Positions 7,164-17,122 are shown, counted from the first letter of the stretch. The stretch is 26,063 bases of DNA from Propionibacteriaceae bacterium (GCA_031256725.1 JAIRQE010000027.1:1-26063), one strand, 5' to 3'. The notes: generated by a model not told the origin, from the letters alone. Numbers and translations: made by a program.

Positions 7164-8480
7164 TTACACCGCTCGAAGTGTGACTGTCGGAGGTTGACGC
7201 GCTGCCTTGAGTGAAGGGTACAAACCGGCCAGGATTCCCACAACAACAGACATCAGCGGGCCAGCAACCAAGATCCACCAGGGGATGGCGAAGGTGATGG
7301 GAATCATTGCTGTAATACAGAAGACAACGTAGGCACCAAAGGCCAGCCCCAGGATCCCACCAAACAACCCAATGAACCCTGCTTCAAGAACGAACTGGAG
7401 TGCGATTTGGCCGGTACGTGCCCCCAAGGCTCGACGTAAACCTATCTCTCCGCGGCGTTCCATGACCGCAACCACCATGGTATTGGCGATGCCGATACCG
7501 CCTACGAGTAGAGCAATCCCGCCTAAGCCAAGAGCAAGGATGGTAAAGATCTGGAAGAAATAATCCTGGATCCAACCGTATTGGGTGGGTGTATTCACCT
7601 CGACACCCTTGGGATTCGCTGGATTAGCAGTGACTGCCATGACAGATTTCACATCTTCCAGTTTGCCCTGATGCGCGCTCACCATAATCTCGCCTATGGC
7701 AAGATCAGGCCAACGCTCCTCAGCAAACAGGGGCGCCAAGATAGCAGCAGATTGAAGCTGACCAGCAAAATCTGGCAGATCCGACAGGATTCCTATGACA
7801 GCCCACCAGGATTGCCCTATCCAAATCCTGTGCCCCACCTCAGCACCCAGCATGGTTGCTGCATACTCACCAAGTACAACCGTAGGCAAAGTGGAGGTTG
7901 CCTGATCAAACCAGCGCCCATCAGATATGGTCGCACCAAGAGTATTGACTGGATCACCCTCAGCAATGAGGGCCAAAATACCCTTTGACTGGGTTTCGGG
8001 AATCTGATCAGTACGATAAACAGAGATATCAGGCAAATGACGAATAGTGAGGACTGCTTTCACAGGCCACACCCTCTCAATCATGGCAGGAGCAGTCTCA
8101 GGTAGTGGGGTTTGCTCGTTGGTCTGGCGATCAGTAGCAGGAGTCACGAAAACCAGATTGGCACCCCATGCCTCGAAATCCTTACGGGCTTGGGCTTGAG
8201 CAGATGCTGGTACCCCGATAACAGCAACCAGAGACGCGATGCCGATGGCGATCCCAATTGCTGAAAGCACAGCCCTCAGTGGACGTCCACGCGGACCCAA
8301 GCTAGCTGTGGCAAGGGTATCTCGAAGACTCAGTCGAATACGCTTAGAAGTCTCAACGGACACTTCGGAACCTTCATCGCTTGCCATCTGGGGATCACAA
8401 GATTCGGACTCCGTATCAGTAAGCGAAGTTTCTTCCACGGATGACGTGGACTGATCCATAAGATCATCAAGAGTTGTCAC
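7164..8480 (-). CDS. MacB-type ABC transporter permease (FtsX domain), cassette 1
   Basis: 438 aa with an acidic N-terminal tail, TM1, an extracytoplasmic domain of about 200 aa, and a C-terminal FtsX module (ERRGEIGLRRALGARTGQIALQFVLEAGFIG). The GTG start overlaps the ATPase stop as GTGA. Confidence 0.9.
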   Translation of the reverse strand: MTTLDDLMDQSTSSVEETSLTDTESESCDPQMASDEGSEVSVETSKRIRLSLRDTLATASLGPRGRPLRAVLSAIGIAIGIASLVAVIGVPASAQAQARKDFEAWGANLVFVTPATDRQTNEQTPLPETAPAMIERVWPVKAVLTIRHLPDISVYRTDQIPETQSKGILALIAEGDPVNTLGATISDGRWFDQATSTLPTVVLGEYAATMLGAEVGHRIWIGQSWWAVIGILSDLPDFAGQLQSAAILAPLFAEERWPDLAIGEIMVSAHQGKLEDVKSVMAVTANPANPKGVEVNTPTQYGWIQDYFFQIFTILALGLGGIALLVGGIGIANTMVVAVMERRGEIGLRRALGARTGQIALQFVLEAGFIGLFGGILGLAFGAYVVFCITAMIPITFAIPWWILVAGPLMSVVVGILAGLYPSLKAARQPPTVTLRAV

Positions 8481-9424
8481 AGTTTCACCTCCTTGATGGG
8501 CTCTTTCATGGATTCCGAGCTTGATTTCTTTTGGGTACGCACACGAGCGATGCGCTGACGTACCCGATCCTTGGCGTCAAGGGTGGGTTCCATTTCGCTC
8601 TGGTCAACCACAATCGGGGGTGGTTCAAGGAAATCTGGATCTCGTACCTCGACTACTTCTCGGGGCTTCTTCTTGGATGTTTTCAACCCCTTAACGGACG
8701 GCATTTCACCAGATTTGGTATCTGCGACTACATTTCCATCCAGGAGGCTGATCTGCCTCGAAAACCGAGAAGCGAGACCTTGGTCATGGGTGATCACGAC
8801 CACGGTTGTACCGTCGGAAGCAATGGACTGTAGTTGGTCAACAATGAGCTGCCCACTGGATTGGTCAAGTGCCCCCGTGGGTTCATCTGCAAAGAGAAGA
8901 CGTGGCCCACCTGCAATAGCGCGAGCAATCGCAACCCTTTGCTGTTCACCACCGGACAGTTGGCCAGGTCGGTGGCTAGCACGAGGAGCCAACCCCACCT
9001 TCTCCAGGGCCTCAAAAGCACGTTCTCGCCTCGTCGCTCTTTTGATCCCTTGGTACAACATCCCTTCGGCAACGTTCTCCCAAGCCGATAGTGTTGGCAG
9101 CAGAAAGAACTGTTGGAAGACAAACCCTATCGATTCTGCACGAAGGCGAGCTTTGGCTGCCTCAGGAAAATCTGTTGGATCCAACCCGTCAATGAACACC
9201 TCTCCCGAGCTTGGTTGATCCAGGATTCCCATGATTGACAACATGGTGGTCTTGCCGGACCCTGAGGGACCCACAACAGCCACATCTTCGCCAACCTCAA
9301 TATCTAGGGTGACATTATTGAGCACTGTCAGGGGAGGATTACCCGGATATGTCTTAGTGATCTGTTTCAGGCTTACCAAGGGAACTGTTGAGGCCATCGG
9401 CTCTAGCTGGGTTTGGGTACTCAT
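8477..9424 (-). CDS. ABC transporter ATP-binding protein (MacB/LolD-like), cassette 1
   Basis: Walker A GPSGSGKTT, Q-loop FVFQQF, signature LSGGEQQR, Walker B LLFADEPTGALD and H-loop ITHD are all present. There is an extra C-terminal tail of about 79 aa. Confidence 0.95.
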   Translation of the reverse strand: MSTQTQLEPMASTVPLVSLKQITKTYPGNPPLTVLNNVTLDIEVGEDVAVVGPSGSGKTTMLSIMGILDQPSSGEVFIDGLDPTDFPEAAKARLRAESIGFVFQQFFLLPTLSAWENVAEGMLYQGIKRATRRERAFEALEKVGLAPRASHRPGQLSGGEQQRVAIARAIAGGPRLLFADEPTGALDQSSGQLIVDQLQSIASDGTTVVVITHDQGLASRFSRQISLLDGNVVADTKSGEMPSVKGLKTSKKKPREVVEVRDPDFLEPPPIVVDQSEMEPTLDAKDRVRQRIARVRTQKKSSSESMKEPIKEVKL

Positions 9425-9436
9425 ATCATCACCACA

Positions 9437-10879
9437 TCAGGGAACGATGACTTCATCGCCAGCATTGAGTTGATCAGAGAAGACCTGTACCCGCGTATCG
9501 GCCACCAAACCAATCTCAACCCTAATCAGGGTACCGTCCACTAGCTCCACGCAGTACCCACCCTCTGCCAAAGCCATGAGAGCCGTTACGGGCACAACCA
9601 GTGACTCCTCGACCTCATCTTGGATGAAGGAGACCGTGATGGCACTCACCTCAAGAGCGTCACCTTCCGTAGGATCTGCAATGCTTATTCGAGCCTTGGC
9701 AGGGATAGTTTGGTTGGTCTGTGGATCAAGTCGCGATTCTGTGATCCCACCAACCTCCCCTTCAATTTCCGTACCATCAGGAAGTTTCATGATGGCCTTG
9801 GTTTCATCCGAAATCAGCCTGCGCTGGGCTTCGGTCAGGTCCACATGCCCGTACAGAACAGGTCTAGTCCACGTGAGTACTGAGTCACCTGCTGTAAGCC
9901 CAACCTTGGCCGTGACATTGTGAATCCGTATCTCAGGTTCACTCACGATGATCGCTGACTTGGGGCCAATGGTATTCATTGAGAGTCGATTCACGACCGT
10001 TTGGGCCTCGGTGACGGCCCTCTGTGCTGTGGTCACTCCCGCCTGCTCAGAGGCAGTGTTCGGCGGTTGATCAAGTTCGTTACGTGTGGCTTGAGCCAGA
10101 TTCAATGCTTCTTGCGCGCGTACAATATCTGCTTGAGTGCATACAGACGCACAGTTTCCCCTGAGGGCTTCCTCATAGGTTCTACGTGCCTCGTTGACAT
10201 CGTTGTCGGCGGAAACAATTGCTGACTGACTTGGTCTGCGATTCCTTGCATTAGTCAGATCAGTCTGGGCGGCAGTCAGATCCTCCTTGGCCTTGTTGAG
10301 CGCACTTTGAGCTTCAGTCCTCTCGGTATCCAGGGTCGAACTTGGGGGTACAACGCTATGCCCCGCTCTTGAATACATCACGGCGATAGCTGCTGAGAGT
10401 GCGTCATCATAGGTTTGGTTTCCTGGCTGTCCAGCATCCAGCCCAAGGCTTGCAAGGGCTGCTCGAACCGAGGCAACATCAGGACCAGAGACACCAGGAG
10501 CAATATCTCGCCATAGCGGGAGTTCACCACTAAGAAGGAATACTGGTACACCCTCAACTTCCATGATGATCTCGCCAGCTTTGATGGTATCCCCTGCTTG
10601 AGGGATCTTTGTGACGACCCCTCCACCACCACCAAGGGTATGGACATCACCATAACCCAGGGTTCCTGAGATAACGAAAGCAGACACCAAAGAGGTCTTC
10701 TCGACTGTGGCAGTACGAGTCCTATCTTCAACATTTTGATTCTGGTGACGATTCCCAAACCAAACAGCACCACCTGCGACTAGAGCGAGGACCACAACTC
10801 CTGCTCCCAGACCAATCAAAACCCGTCGCTTGGTTGAAGGATTCTTTGCCTCCCGCGCGGTCTTTTCTCGCTTTTTCAT
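9437..10879 (-). CDS. HlyD/MFP-like periplasmic adaptor with peptidoglycan-binding domain, cassette 1
   Basis: N-terminal TM (VLIGLGAGVVVLALVAGGAVWF). PG_binding_1-like segment (GPDVASVRAALASLGLDAGQPGNQTYDDALSAAI). A long coiled-coil-like Ala/Gln/Thr-rich region is followed by a beta-rich C-terminus. Confidence 0.8.
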   Translation of the reverse strand: MKKREKTAREAKNPSTKRRVLIGLGAGVVVLALVAGGAVWFGNRHQNQNVEDRTRTATVEKTSLVSAFVISGTLGYGDVHTLGGGGGVVTKIPQAGDTIKAGEIIMEVEGVPVFLLSGELPLWRDIAPGVSGPDVASVRAALASLGLDAGQPGNQTYDDALSAAIAVMYSRAGHSVVPPSSTLDTERTEAQSALNKAKEDLTAAQTDLTNARNRRPSQSAIVSADNDVNEARRTYEEALRGNCASVCTQADIVRAQEALNLAQATRNELDQPPNTASEQAGVTTAQRAVTEAQTVVNRLSMNTIGPKSAIIVSEPEIRIHNVTAKVGLTAGDSVLTWTRPVLYGHVDLTEAQRRLISDETKAIMKLPDGTEIEGEVGGITESRLDPQTNQTIPAKARISIADPTEGDALEVSAITVSFIQDEVEESLVVPVTALMALAEGGYCVELVDGTLIRVEIGLVADTRVQVFSDQLNAGDEVIVP

Positions 10880-10980
10880 GCCAATCCAATCCTCTTCGTT
10901 GGTATAGGTAGCACTTTAGTTTATCATCTCGCTTCTTTCCATGCCCTCATTCGTGAGAGTGAACATGAATCATCCTTAGG

Positions 10981-11027
10981 AATGATGCCTCATCATTGCC
11001 AGCCACGAAAGATTTTCATCTTTCGTG
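10981..11027. promoter_or_regulatory. Two adjacent perfect inverted repeats in the divergent promoter region
   Basis: AATGATG-cct-CATCATT (10981-10997) and CACGAAAGAT-tttc-ATCTTTCGTG (11004-11027). The second ends 26 bp before the thioesterase ATG. Confidence 0.35.
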
Positions 11028-11052
11028 ATGAATTCTGAGGTAGTGTGCCATT

Positions 11053-11481
11053 ATGAAAATGAGACCAATCACATTGCGCCATATGGTTATGGGACAGGAT
11101 CTGAACCACCATGGCACCCTGTACGCCGGTCGATGCGTGGAATGGATGGTGGAAGCCGGACTTATCGCCGCGTGCGATGCCACCCATCGAAACCATATCG
11201 TCTGTGTTCACATTAATGACCTCTACTTCCGTACTCCTGTACAGCGTGGAGATCAGGTGGAGTACACCACCACTGTGTGTTATGTGGGAAAATCCAGCCT
11301 CGTGGCCTATGTAAGGGTGGAAAACGTCATCAATGGTGCATTCGTGGTCGATGGCTTCTTCACCTATGTCAACGTCACTGATGATGGTCGCCCACTCCCT
11401 CATGGCCTCATCCTTGAGGCTGTCACTGAGGCTGATAAAGAACTCATGCAACTGGGCTCAGGATACGCACGCAAACCGTGA
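11053..11481 (+). CDS. Acyl-CoA thioesterase (hotdog fold, YciA/4HBT-like)
   Basis: 142 aa. MRPITLRHMVMGQDLNHHGTLYAGRCVEWMVEAG...HINDLYFRTPVQRGDQVEY...VGKSSL matches the acyl-CoA hydrolase pattern (P.d.N..G.l.GG..l.wmD; F..Pv..Gd). Confidence 0.8.
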   Translation: MKMRPITLRHMVMGQDLNHHGTLYAGRCVEWMVEAGLIAACDATHRNHIVCVHINDLYFRTPVQRGDQVEYTTTVCYVGKSSLVAYVRVENVINGAFVVDGFFTYVNVTDDGRPLPHGLILEAVTEADKELMQLGSGYARKP

Positions 11482-11513
11482 GTTCACTAAGATTCCGCGT
11501 TCGGCCCAACAAT

Positions 11514-11546
11514 AATGATCCATCCAGTGGACCAGCATGGATCATT
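11514..11546 (+). terminator. Hairpin downstream of the thioesterase gene
   Basis: Perfect 10-bp arms: AATGATCCAT (11514-11523) and ATGGATCATT (11537-11546), with a 13-nt loop, 33 bp after the stop codon. There is no clear U-tract. Confidence 0.3.
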
Positions 11547-11629
11547 AGTAATCCATAGATACGCTGTGACAGTCTGCGGGAGTGTTGAAAGGTCCCTGGA
11601 CGTTTCATACAAGAAATGAAGGGACTATC

Positions 11630-12040
11630 ATGAAGACCGCTATTCGCATTAGTGCGTTGATCACAGTTATTCTTGTGGGAGCTCTGCTTGGTGGTTGTGG
11701 GGCTGATCCTGACAAGACCCTGCAGACCGTCGTGGATCAGTTCAATGAGACCACTCCGATGATGGTGGATGATCAAACCCGTCTCGACTCTGCTGAACTA
11801 CTTGAGAATCGCACGATGAGGATGAACTATACCCTGACCTCCTATGCCTCCACTGATTTTGATGAGTCAATGATCACGGCCATGGAAGAAGCGATGAAGC
11901 CCCAGGTTCTGGAACAAATTCGATCCAACGCAGGTTTGGCCATTTTCAAGGATTATTCAGTGACCTTTGAATATGCTGTTCGTGGCAGCGATGATGTGGA
12001 ACTCTATGTGATCTCCATCACCCCCGAGGACTACACATAG
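11630..12040 (+). CDS. Small lipoprotein of unknown function
   Basis: The ORF track starts at 11582. ATG 11630 is preceded by GAAGGGA and gives MKTAIRISALITVILVGALLGGC, a signal peptide with a lipobox. I recognise no domain. Confidence 0.7.
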   Translation: MKTAIRISALITVILVGALLGGCGADPDKTLQTVVDQFNETTPMMVDDQTRLDSAELLENRTMRMNYTLTSYASTDFDESMITAMEEAMKPQVLEQIRSNAGLAIFKDYSVTFEYAVRGSDDVELYVISITPEDYT

Positions 12041-12050
12041 TCTGTACCCT

Positions 12051-13181
12051 CTATTCAGGTTTGCCCTCATCTGCAAGGATCTGCGGTATACGACCGAAGG
12101 AGTAGTATGCCGCACAGGCACCCTCTGGGGAAACCATACAGGTACCAATGGGATTGTCAGGGGTACACCCTTTCGCAAAGACCTTGCATTCCCATGGCTT
12201 GATCTGACCGGTGAGTACCAACCCACACTGGCAGGCGGGATGATCAGCAACCACAGCCCCGGGCAGATCGAAGTGCTTCTCTGCGTCAAAGGATTCATAC
12301 TCATCTGACAGACGATAACCGGACACGGGGATGGATCCTAGTCCCCGCCACTCAAAAGAGTCCTTGGGGGTGAAGACTTCTTCGAGTACACGCTTTGCTT
12401 CGGGGTTCCCCAGTGGACGTACCACCCGTGAGTACTGGTTCTCGACCTCACATCGACCTTCAGCAAACTGCTTGAGCATCATGGCAACAGCCTGCAGAAT
12501 ATCGAGGGGTTCAAACCCTGTGACAACGATAGGGATACGGAACTCTGTAGCCACGAATTGGAAGTGATCCGAACCAACCACTGTTGCGACATGGCCTGGT
12601 CCAATGAGTCCGTCCAGGGTGACATTCTTGGTTTCAAGGATGGCCCGTACCGGCGGATTAATCAGAACATGATTGCAGAAAACATAGAAATTGGTGATGC
12701 CGATCTTCTTGGCATAGGCCAAAGCAGCAGCTGTCGAAGGAGCTGTGGTTTCAAAGCCCACAGCAAAGAAGACGACCTTCCGATCAGGATTATCCCGAGC
12801 AACCTTCACAGCATCCAAAGGGGAGTAGATGAAGCGTACATCTGATCCCTGAGCCTGAGCTTGGAGGAGGCTTCCAGCCCTGCCTGGTACGCGCATCATG
12901 TCACCGAAGGTGGTGAAGATCACACCCGGCTGGCCTGAGAGCCACACAGCATCATCCACACGACCTGAGGGAATCACGCATACCGGGCAACCCGGCCCAT
13001 GCACGAACTCCACAGCTTCAGGAAGAAGATGCTCCAAACCATGGCGATAGATCGTATGGGTATGTCCCCCACAGACCTCCATGATCTTCCAGCTACACCC
13101 AAGCTGTTCTGCCATCTTGTGGATGGAAGCAATCAGATCCTTAGCGGCTGCAGGATCACGAAACTCATCAACGTACTTCAT
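12051..13181 (-). CDS. hypD: [NiFe]-hydrogenase maturation protein HypD
   Basis: MKYVDEFRD... N-terminus, the GPGCPVCV motif and a length of 376 aa. ATGA overlap with the hypC stop. Confidence 0.95.
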   Translation of the reverse strand: MKYVDEFRDPAAAKDLIASIHKMAEQLGCSWKIMEVCGGHTHTIYRHGLEHLLPEAVEFVHGPGCPVCVIPSGRVDDAVWLSGQPGVIFTTFGDMMRVPGRAGSLLQAQAQGSDVRFIYSPLDAVKVARDNPDRKVVFFAVGFETTAPSTAAALAYAKKIGITNFYVFCNHVLINPPVRAILETKNVTLDGLIGPGHVATVVGSDHFQFVATEFRIPIVVTGFEPLDILQAVAMMLKQFAEGRCEVENQYSRVVRPLGNPEAKRVLEEVFTPKDSFEWRGLGSIPVSGYRLSDEYESFDAEKHFDLPGAVVADHPACQCGLVLTGQIKPWECKVFAKGCTPDNPIGTCMVSPEGACAAYYSFGRIPQILADEGKPE

Positions 13182-13444
13182 CGAATCTCCGTCTGTTTGA
13201 AGGCATCCAACTCGTCATCCCAGACCTGCCCGAGTTTCTTAATCTGATCCAAAGTCTGATCGGCTTCTTCGGCGTCTATCTTCGATAAGGCGAAACCAAC
13301 ATGAACGAGTACCCAGTCCCCCACCTTGATTCCCTCATCGACGAGTAGGCCAATAGAGACCTCACGCTCAACCCCACTGACAGAGACAGTGGCAAGATCC
13401 CCCTCTAGAAGGGCGACAACCTCACAGGGTATTCCTAGACACAT
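13178..13444 (-). CDS. hypC: [NiFe]-hydrogenase assembly chaperone HypC
   Basis: Starts MCLGIPCEVV, with the essential Cys2. 88 aa. Confidence 0.9.
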   Translation of the reverse strand: MCLGIPCEVVALLEGDLATVSVSGVEREVSIGLLVDEGIKVGDWVLVHVGFALSKIDAEEADQTLDQIKKLGQVWDDELDAFKQTEIR

Positions 13445-13456
13445 AATTCCTCCTCA

Positions 13457-14527
13457 CTAACAGATCCGTGGTAGTGGATCGGTCACAAGCATGTCGACAA
13501 GTCGTGTTCCTCCGAAGGCATTGCGTACTGCCACAAGGCCTTGTGGATTGCGGACAACCTCGCCAACGATAGACGCTTGGGAGGCTCCCGCATCATGGAG
13601 AGCCGCAAGTGCGGTCTCAGCAACCTCACCAGAAACAACAGCGATGAAGCATCCCTCGTTTGCGACATAGAGAGGGTCGATACCCAACATGTCGCAGGCA
13701 CCCTGTACCTGTGGTTCGATTGTGAAGGCTTCCTCATCAAGAAGGACACCCTTACCTGAGGCCTTCGTTAACTCGTTCATCACGGTCGCGACTCCACCTC
13801 GTGTGGCATCGCGCATCCACTTCACCGATTCAGGATTGATCGCATCATAGATGGCTTCAACAAGTCCATTGACTGGCGCAGAATCGGATTCGATGGTGGC
13901 TGTGAATGCGAGGTTGCCTCGAGCAATCATCACAGCCATTCCATGGGAGGCGATGGGACCAGAAATAAGGATACGATCACCAAACTCTAGTCGAGAGGCC
14001 CCCAAAGTTCTTTGTGAAGGCACGACACCAATCCCTGAGGTATTGATGAAGATCGAGTCGGCTGCTCCACGTGGTACAACCTTCGTATCCCCCGCGACGA
14101 TCTGTATTCCTGCCTTCTCGGCAGCCACGCGCATATCCTCAACGATCCTGCGCAGCTCATCGATCGCGAAACCCTCTTCAAGGATGAACCCAGCAGTCAG
14201 CCATTGAGGTCGGGCACCAGTAACAGCGAGATCATTGACTGTACCGTTGATCGCCAGTTCACCAATACTGGCTCCAGGGAACCTAATCGGTTGAACCACA
14301 TAGGAATCCGTGGTGTAGGCAATCCGTCCTGTCTCAACCTGAAGTGTGGCAGCATCAGGTAAATCGATGGAAGCAGGGTTTGAGAAGGCTGGCATGAAGA
14401 CCTCTTTAATGAGTGCTGCAGCAGCCTTGCCGCCCGAACCATGTGCCATGGTCACTCGGTCATCTGTGAGCTTAGGTTCCCTACCCAACCCGTGAATCTG
14501 GCCTGGGGCATCCTGCTCCGTTGTCAT
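13457..14527 (-). CDS. hypE: Hydrogenase maturation carbamoyl dehydratase HypE
   Basis: AHGSGG motif, PurM-like fold signatures, and the diagnostic C-terminal PRIC. Confidence 0.95.
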   Translation of the reverse strand: MTTEQDAPGQIHGLGREPKLTDDRVTMAHGSGGKAAAALIKEVFMPAFSNPASIDLPDAATLQVETGRIAYTTDSYVVQPIRFPGASIGELAINGTVNDLAVTGARPQWLTAGFILEEGFAIDELRRIVEDMRVAAEKAGIQIVAGDTKVVPRGAADSIFINTSGIGVVPSQRTLGASRLEFGDRILISGPIASHGMAVMIARGNLAFTATIESDSAPVNGLVEAIYDAINPESVKWMRDATRGGVATVMNELTKASGKGVLLDEEAFTIEPQVQGACDMLGIDPLYVANEGCFIAVVSGEVAETALAALHDAGASQASIVGEVVRNPQGLVAVRNAFGGTRLVDMLVTDPLPRIC

Positions 14528-14619
14528 CGCGATGATCCTGTCGTCTCATGTCTCCTGGTGGTCTTCTTAACGTTTCAGGAGAACCGTTTGGAGAAGTCAG
14601 AGTCTTATTCTCCCAACAA

Positions 14620-17046
14620 TCAAGCAAGCATACCAGTTCGGTTGATATGAAGATGGAGGTATCCAGCAAGGGCTTGTCCGAGTGCCAGACCTCCGTCATT
14701 GGAGGGTACCACCCGGTGCAGGATTGCTTCGTACCCCTGGGACTGTAAGTGGCTGGCTAGGTCCGCTGAGAGTAGCCGATTGGCAAAGACTCCACCAGTG
14801 AATCCTATTTTCTCGGGTCCAGATGTGAAAGTAACAACCATTGTTGCCAGGAGATGGGCTAGTCCAGAATGGAAAGACCGCGCGAGACATTCCACTGGCG
14901 TATGTTTCCTCACGCGATCAAGGATGAACTCCACTAGCTCTTCCACTGATCGACAGGGAACTTTGTGGTGATGAGTGCATTGTAGAGCTCGGGCCTCCAA
15001 TTCCATTGCCGCCTGGGCCTCATAGGAGACCTGGTGACAGATTCCGATCAGTGAGGCAGCCGCATCGAAGAGCCGGCCCGTACTCGTGGTGCGAGTCAGA
15101 TTCACCTGAGCCTGTAATTGGGAGTTGACGAGAGCCATATCATCCACAGATGGGCATCCCGGGAGATCCCCAGTTGCCCACGCCTGTACCTTTGCTGGAT
15201 CTATGTCGTACTCCCACAGCAAGCCGAGGGTAGATTTCCACGGATGACGTACCGCAGAATCCCCCCCAGGAAGCCAAAACTCAGGCAGGTGATCGAGCCG
15301 ACGATACTCAAGTGGGTTCTCACCTAGACGAAGGATCTCCCCACCCCAGATGGTGGCATCATCACCGTAACCCGTGCCATCAAGAACGACGAAGGTGGAG
15401 GGGGCTTCATGTCCTACTTCGGCGATGAGGGAGAGCGCGTGTGCGTGATGATGCTGGACTTCAAGGACGTCCACCCCCCACTGCTCAGCCTTATGTATCC
15501 CCCAGGCATGGGTTGCATATCCTGGATGTTTGTCGATGACGACCAGAGAGGGTTGACGCCTATGCGCCCCTATCATCTGTTGAACGGATTTCTCATATGC
15601 TGCCTGCGTCTCAAGGGAGCCCATATCGCCAATATGAGCACTCAGGAAGGCCATTCCGTCACGGGTCAGCGCAAAAGTATTTTTGAGTTCTGCACCCACT
15701 GCGAGGACACAGTGATCCTGTTCACCAAGGAAGACTGGAAGGGGTGCGAACCCTCGACTGCGCCTGATGGGGCGGATCTGATCGGCATCTGCCATGATCA
15801 CCGAATCCTCCACGGGTATATGGATCCCTCGGTCATGCATGAGGAAAGCGTCAACGATATGCCCTAGGTCCTGGCGAGCATCCTCATTACGGTAGGTCAG
15901 CGGCAGCGAGGAAGAGTTCGCGCTAGTCGCGACAAGGATCTCATCTTCGTCAATCAGCAACCGATGCAGTGGAGAATAGGCCAGCATGACCCCCACATCA
16001 TCAAGTCCTGGGGCTACTGAGGGCGCACAATCATAGGTGGGGGCCTTGGGTGTAAGTACGATGGGTGCCTCCCGCCCACTGAAGGCTCTGCGGTGTACCT
16101 CCCCCAATTCTGCGATCCTGGAGGCAGCCTCCACAGACCCCGCCATAACAGCAAGGGGTTTGCCTGGGCGACGTTTACGGGTACGCAAGGTGGTCACAGC
16201 TTCTTCATTGCGTGCATCACACATCAGTGTGAACCCGCCGATGCCCTTCACAGCAAGGATCTTTCCTTGTTTCAACATGGATTTTGCCTGAGTGATGACC
16301 TCAGTAAAGGAGGAGGATCGCTCGGACGAGAGTCTAGATTCTGCGACTTCGCGCAGAATGACAGTTGAGTCCGCATCTCGTCCCACGTCACTCTGCGCGT
16401 CCTTTTCCCTGTCATTCTGCGCAGAACGAAGTGGAGTCGCAGAATCCAGACCATGGGATTCCTCCAACCATAGGGTGGGTCCACAGTCGAAACATGAGAT
16501 CGGCTGAGCATGGTACCGTCGATCCTCAGGGTCGGTGTATTCCTTGCGACAGGATTCACACATGGGGAAGTCAACCATTGTGGTCAGTGGGCGGTCATAG
16601 GGCACATCACGGATAATCGACAAACGCGGGCCGCAATTCGTACACGTCGTGAACGGGTACTGGTATCGCCGATTGCTGGGATCCTCCATATCCTCTATGC
16701 AATCCGCGCAGACTGCACCATCTCCGGGAATCAACGTGATGGCACCAGCCGCTCGACGAGAAGCCACGATATGGAATCCCGATTCTTCTTGGATTGGCAC
16801 TTCCGTACTATGAAAAGAAAGAATACTTGCCATAGGTGGGATTTCTTCCACTACAGCATCACAGAAACTCTGAAGATCCGAGGGAAGCCCCTGAACCTCG
16901 ATGAACACAGAATTATCGTCATTCCCACACAGCCCAGTGACCGGAAAACGACTCGCGACACGGGCAACATGGGGGCGAAAGCCCACGCCCTGTACCACTC
17001 CTGTGATGACGACCTGCTGGCGGATCAAGGCGGCCACTTTGTCCAT
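14620..17046 (-). CDS. hypF: Carbamoyltransferase HypF
   Basis: Acylphosphatase motif VQGVGFRP, two zinc-finger CxxC pairs (CADC...CTNCGPR; CESC...CFDCGP), and YrdC-like and Kae1-like regions. I place the start at ATG 17044-17046 (MDKVAAL...), or GTG 17037. The 900-aa ORF-track version extends over hypA and is rejected. Confidence 0.9.
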   Translation of the reverse strand: MDKVAALIRQQVVITGVVQGVGFRPHVARVASRFPVTGLCGNDDNSVFIEVQGLPSDLQSFCDAVVEEIPPMASILSFHSTEVPIQEESGFHIVASRRAAGAITLIPGDGAVCADCIEDMEDPSNRRYQYPFTTCTNCGPRLSIIRDVPYDRPLTTMVDFPMCESCRKEYTDPEDRRYHAQPISCFDCGPTLWLEESHGLDSATPLRSAQNDREKDAQSDVGRDADSTVILREVAESRLSSERSSSFTEVITQAKSMLKQGKILAVKGIGGFTLMCDARNEEAVTTLRTRKRRPGKPLAVMAGSVEAASRIAELGEVHRRAFSGREAPIVLTPKAPTYDCAPSVAPGLDDVGVMLAYSPLHRLLIDEDEILVATSANSSSLPLTYRNEDARQDLGHIVDAFLMHDRGIHIPVEDSVIMADADQIRPIRRSRGFAPLPVFLGEQDHCVLAVGAELKNTFALTRDGMAFLSAHIGDMGSLETQAAYEKSVQQMIGAHRRQPSLVVIDKHPGYATHAWGIHKAEQWGVDVLEVQHHHAHALSLIAEVGHEAPSTFVVLDGTGYGDDATIWGGEILRLGENPLEYRRLDHLPEFWLPGGDSAVRHPWKSTLGLLWEYDIDPAKVQAWATGDLPGCPSVDDMALVNSQLQAQVNLTRTTSTGRLFDAAASLIGICHQVSYEAQAAMELEARALQCTHHHKVPCRSVEELVEFILDRVRKHTPVECLARSFHSGLAHLLATMVVTFTSGPEKIGFTGGVFANRLLSADLASHLQSQGYEAILHRVVPSNDGGLALGQALAGYLHLHINRTGMLA

Positions 17047-17122
17047 CCCTTCATTGGTCGTAGGATTCCTATGTCTAAGCTCGTCACGAGCGTAGCATTG
17101 CTGGAGGTCGAAAGAGGGGTTC

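Noticed and set aside
8571-9218. 215-aa plus-strand ORF; similar long antisense ORFs occur at 16510-17178, 7581-7988 and 15409-15867
   Set aside because: These lie opposite the ABC ATPase, hypF and the FtsX permease, all of which carry unambiguous motifs. Long antisense ORFs are expected in moderately GC-rich DNA.
10993-11451. 152-aa minus-strand ORF
   Set aside because: It is fully antisense to the thioesterase gene, whose translation carries clear hotdog-fold motifs. The antisense product has no recognisable features.
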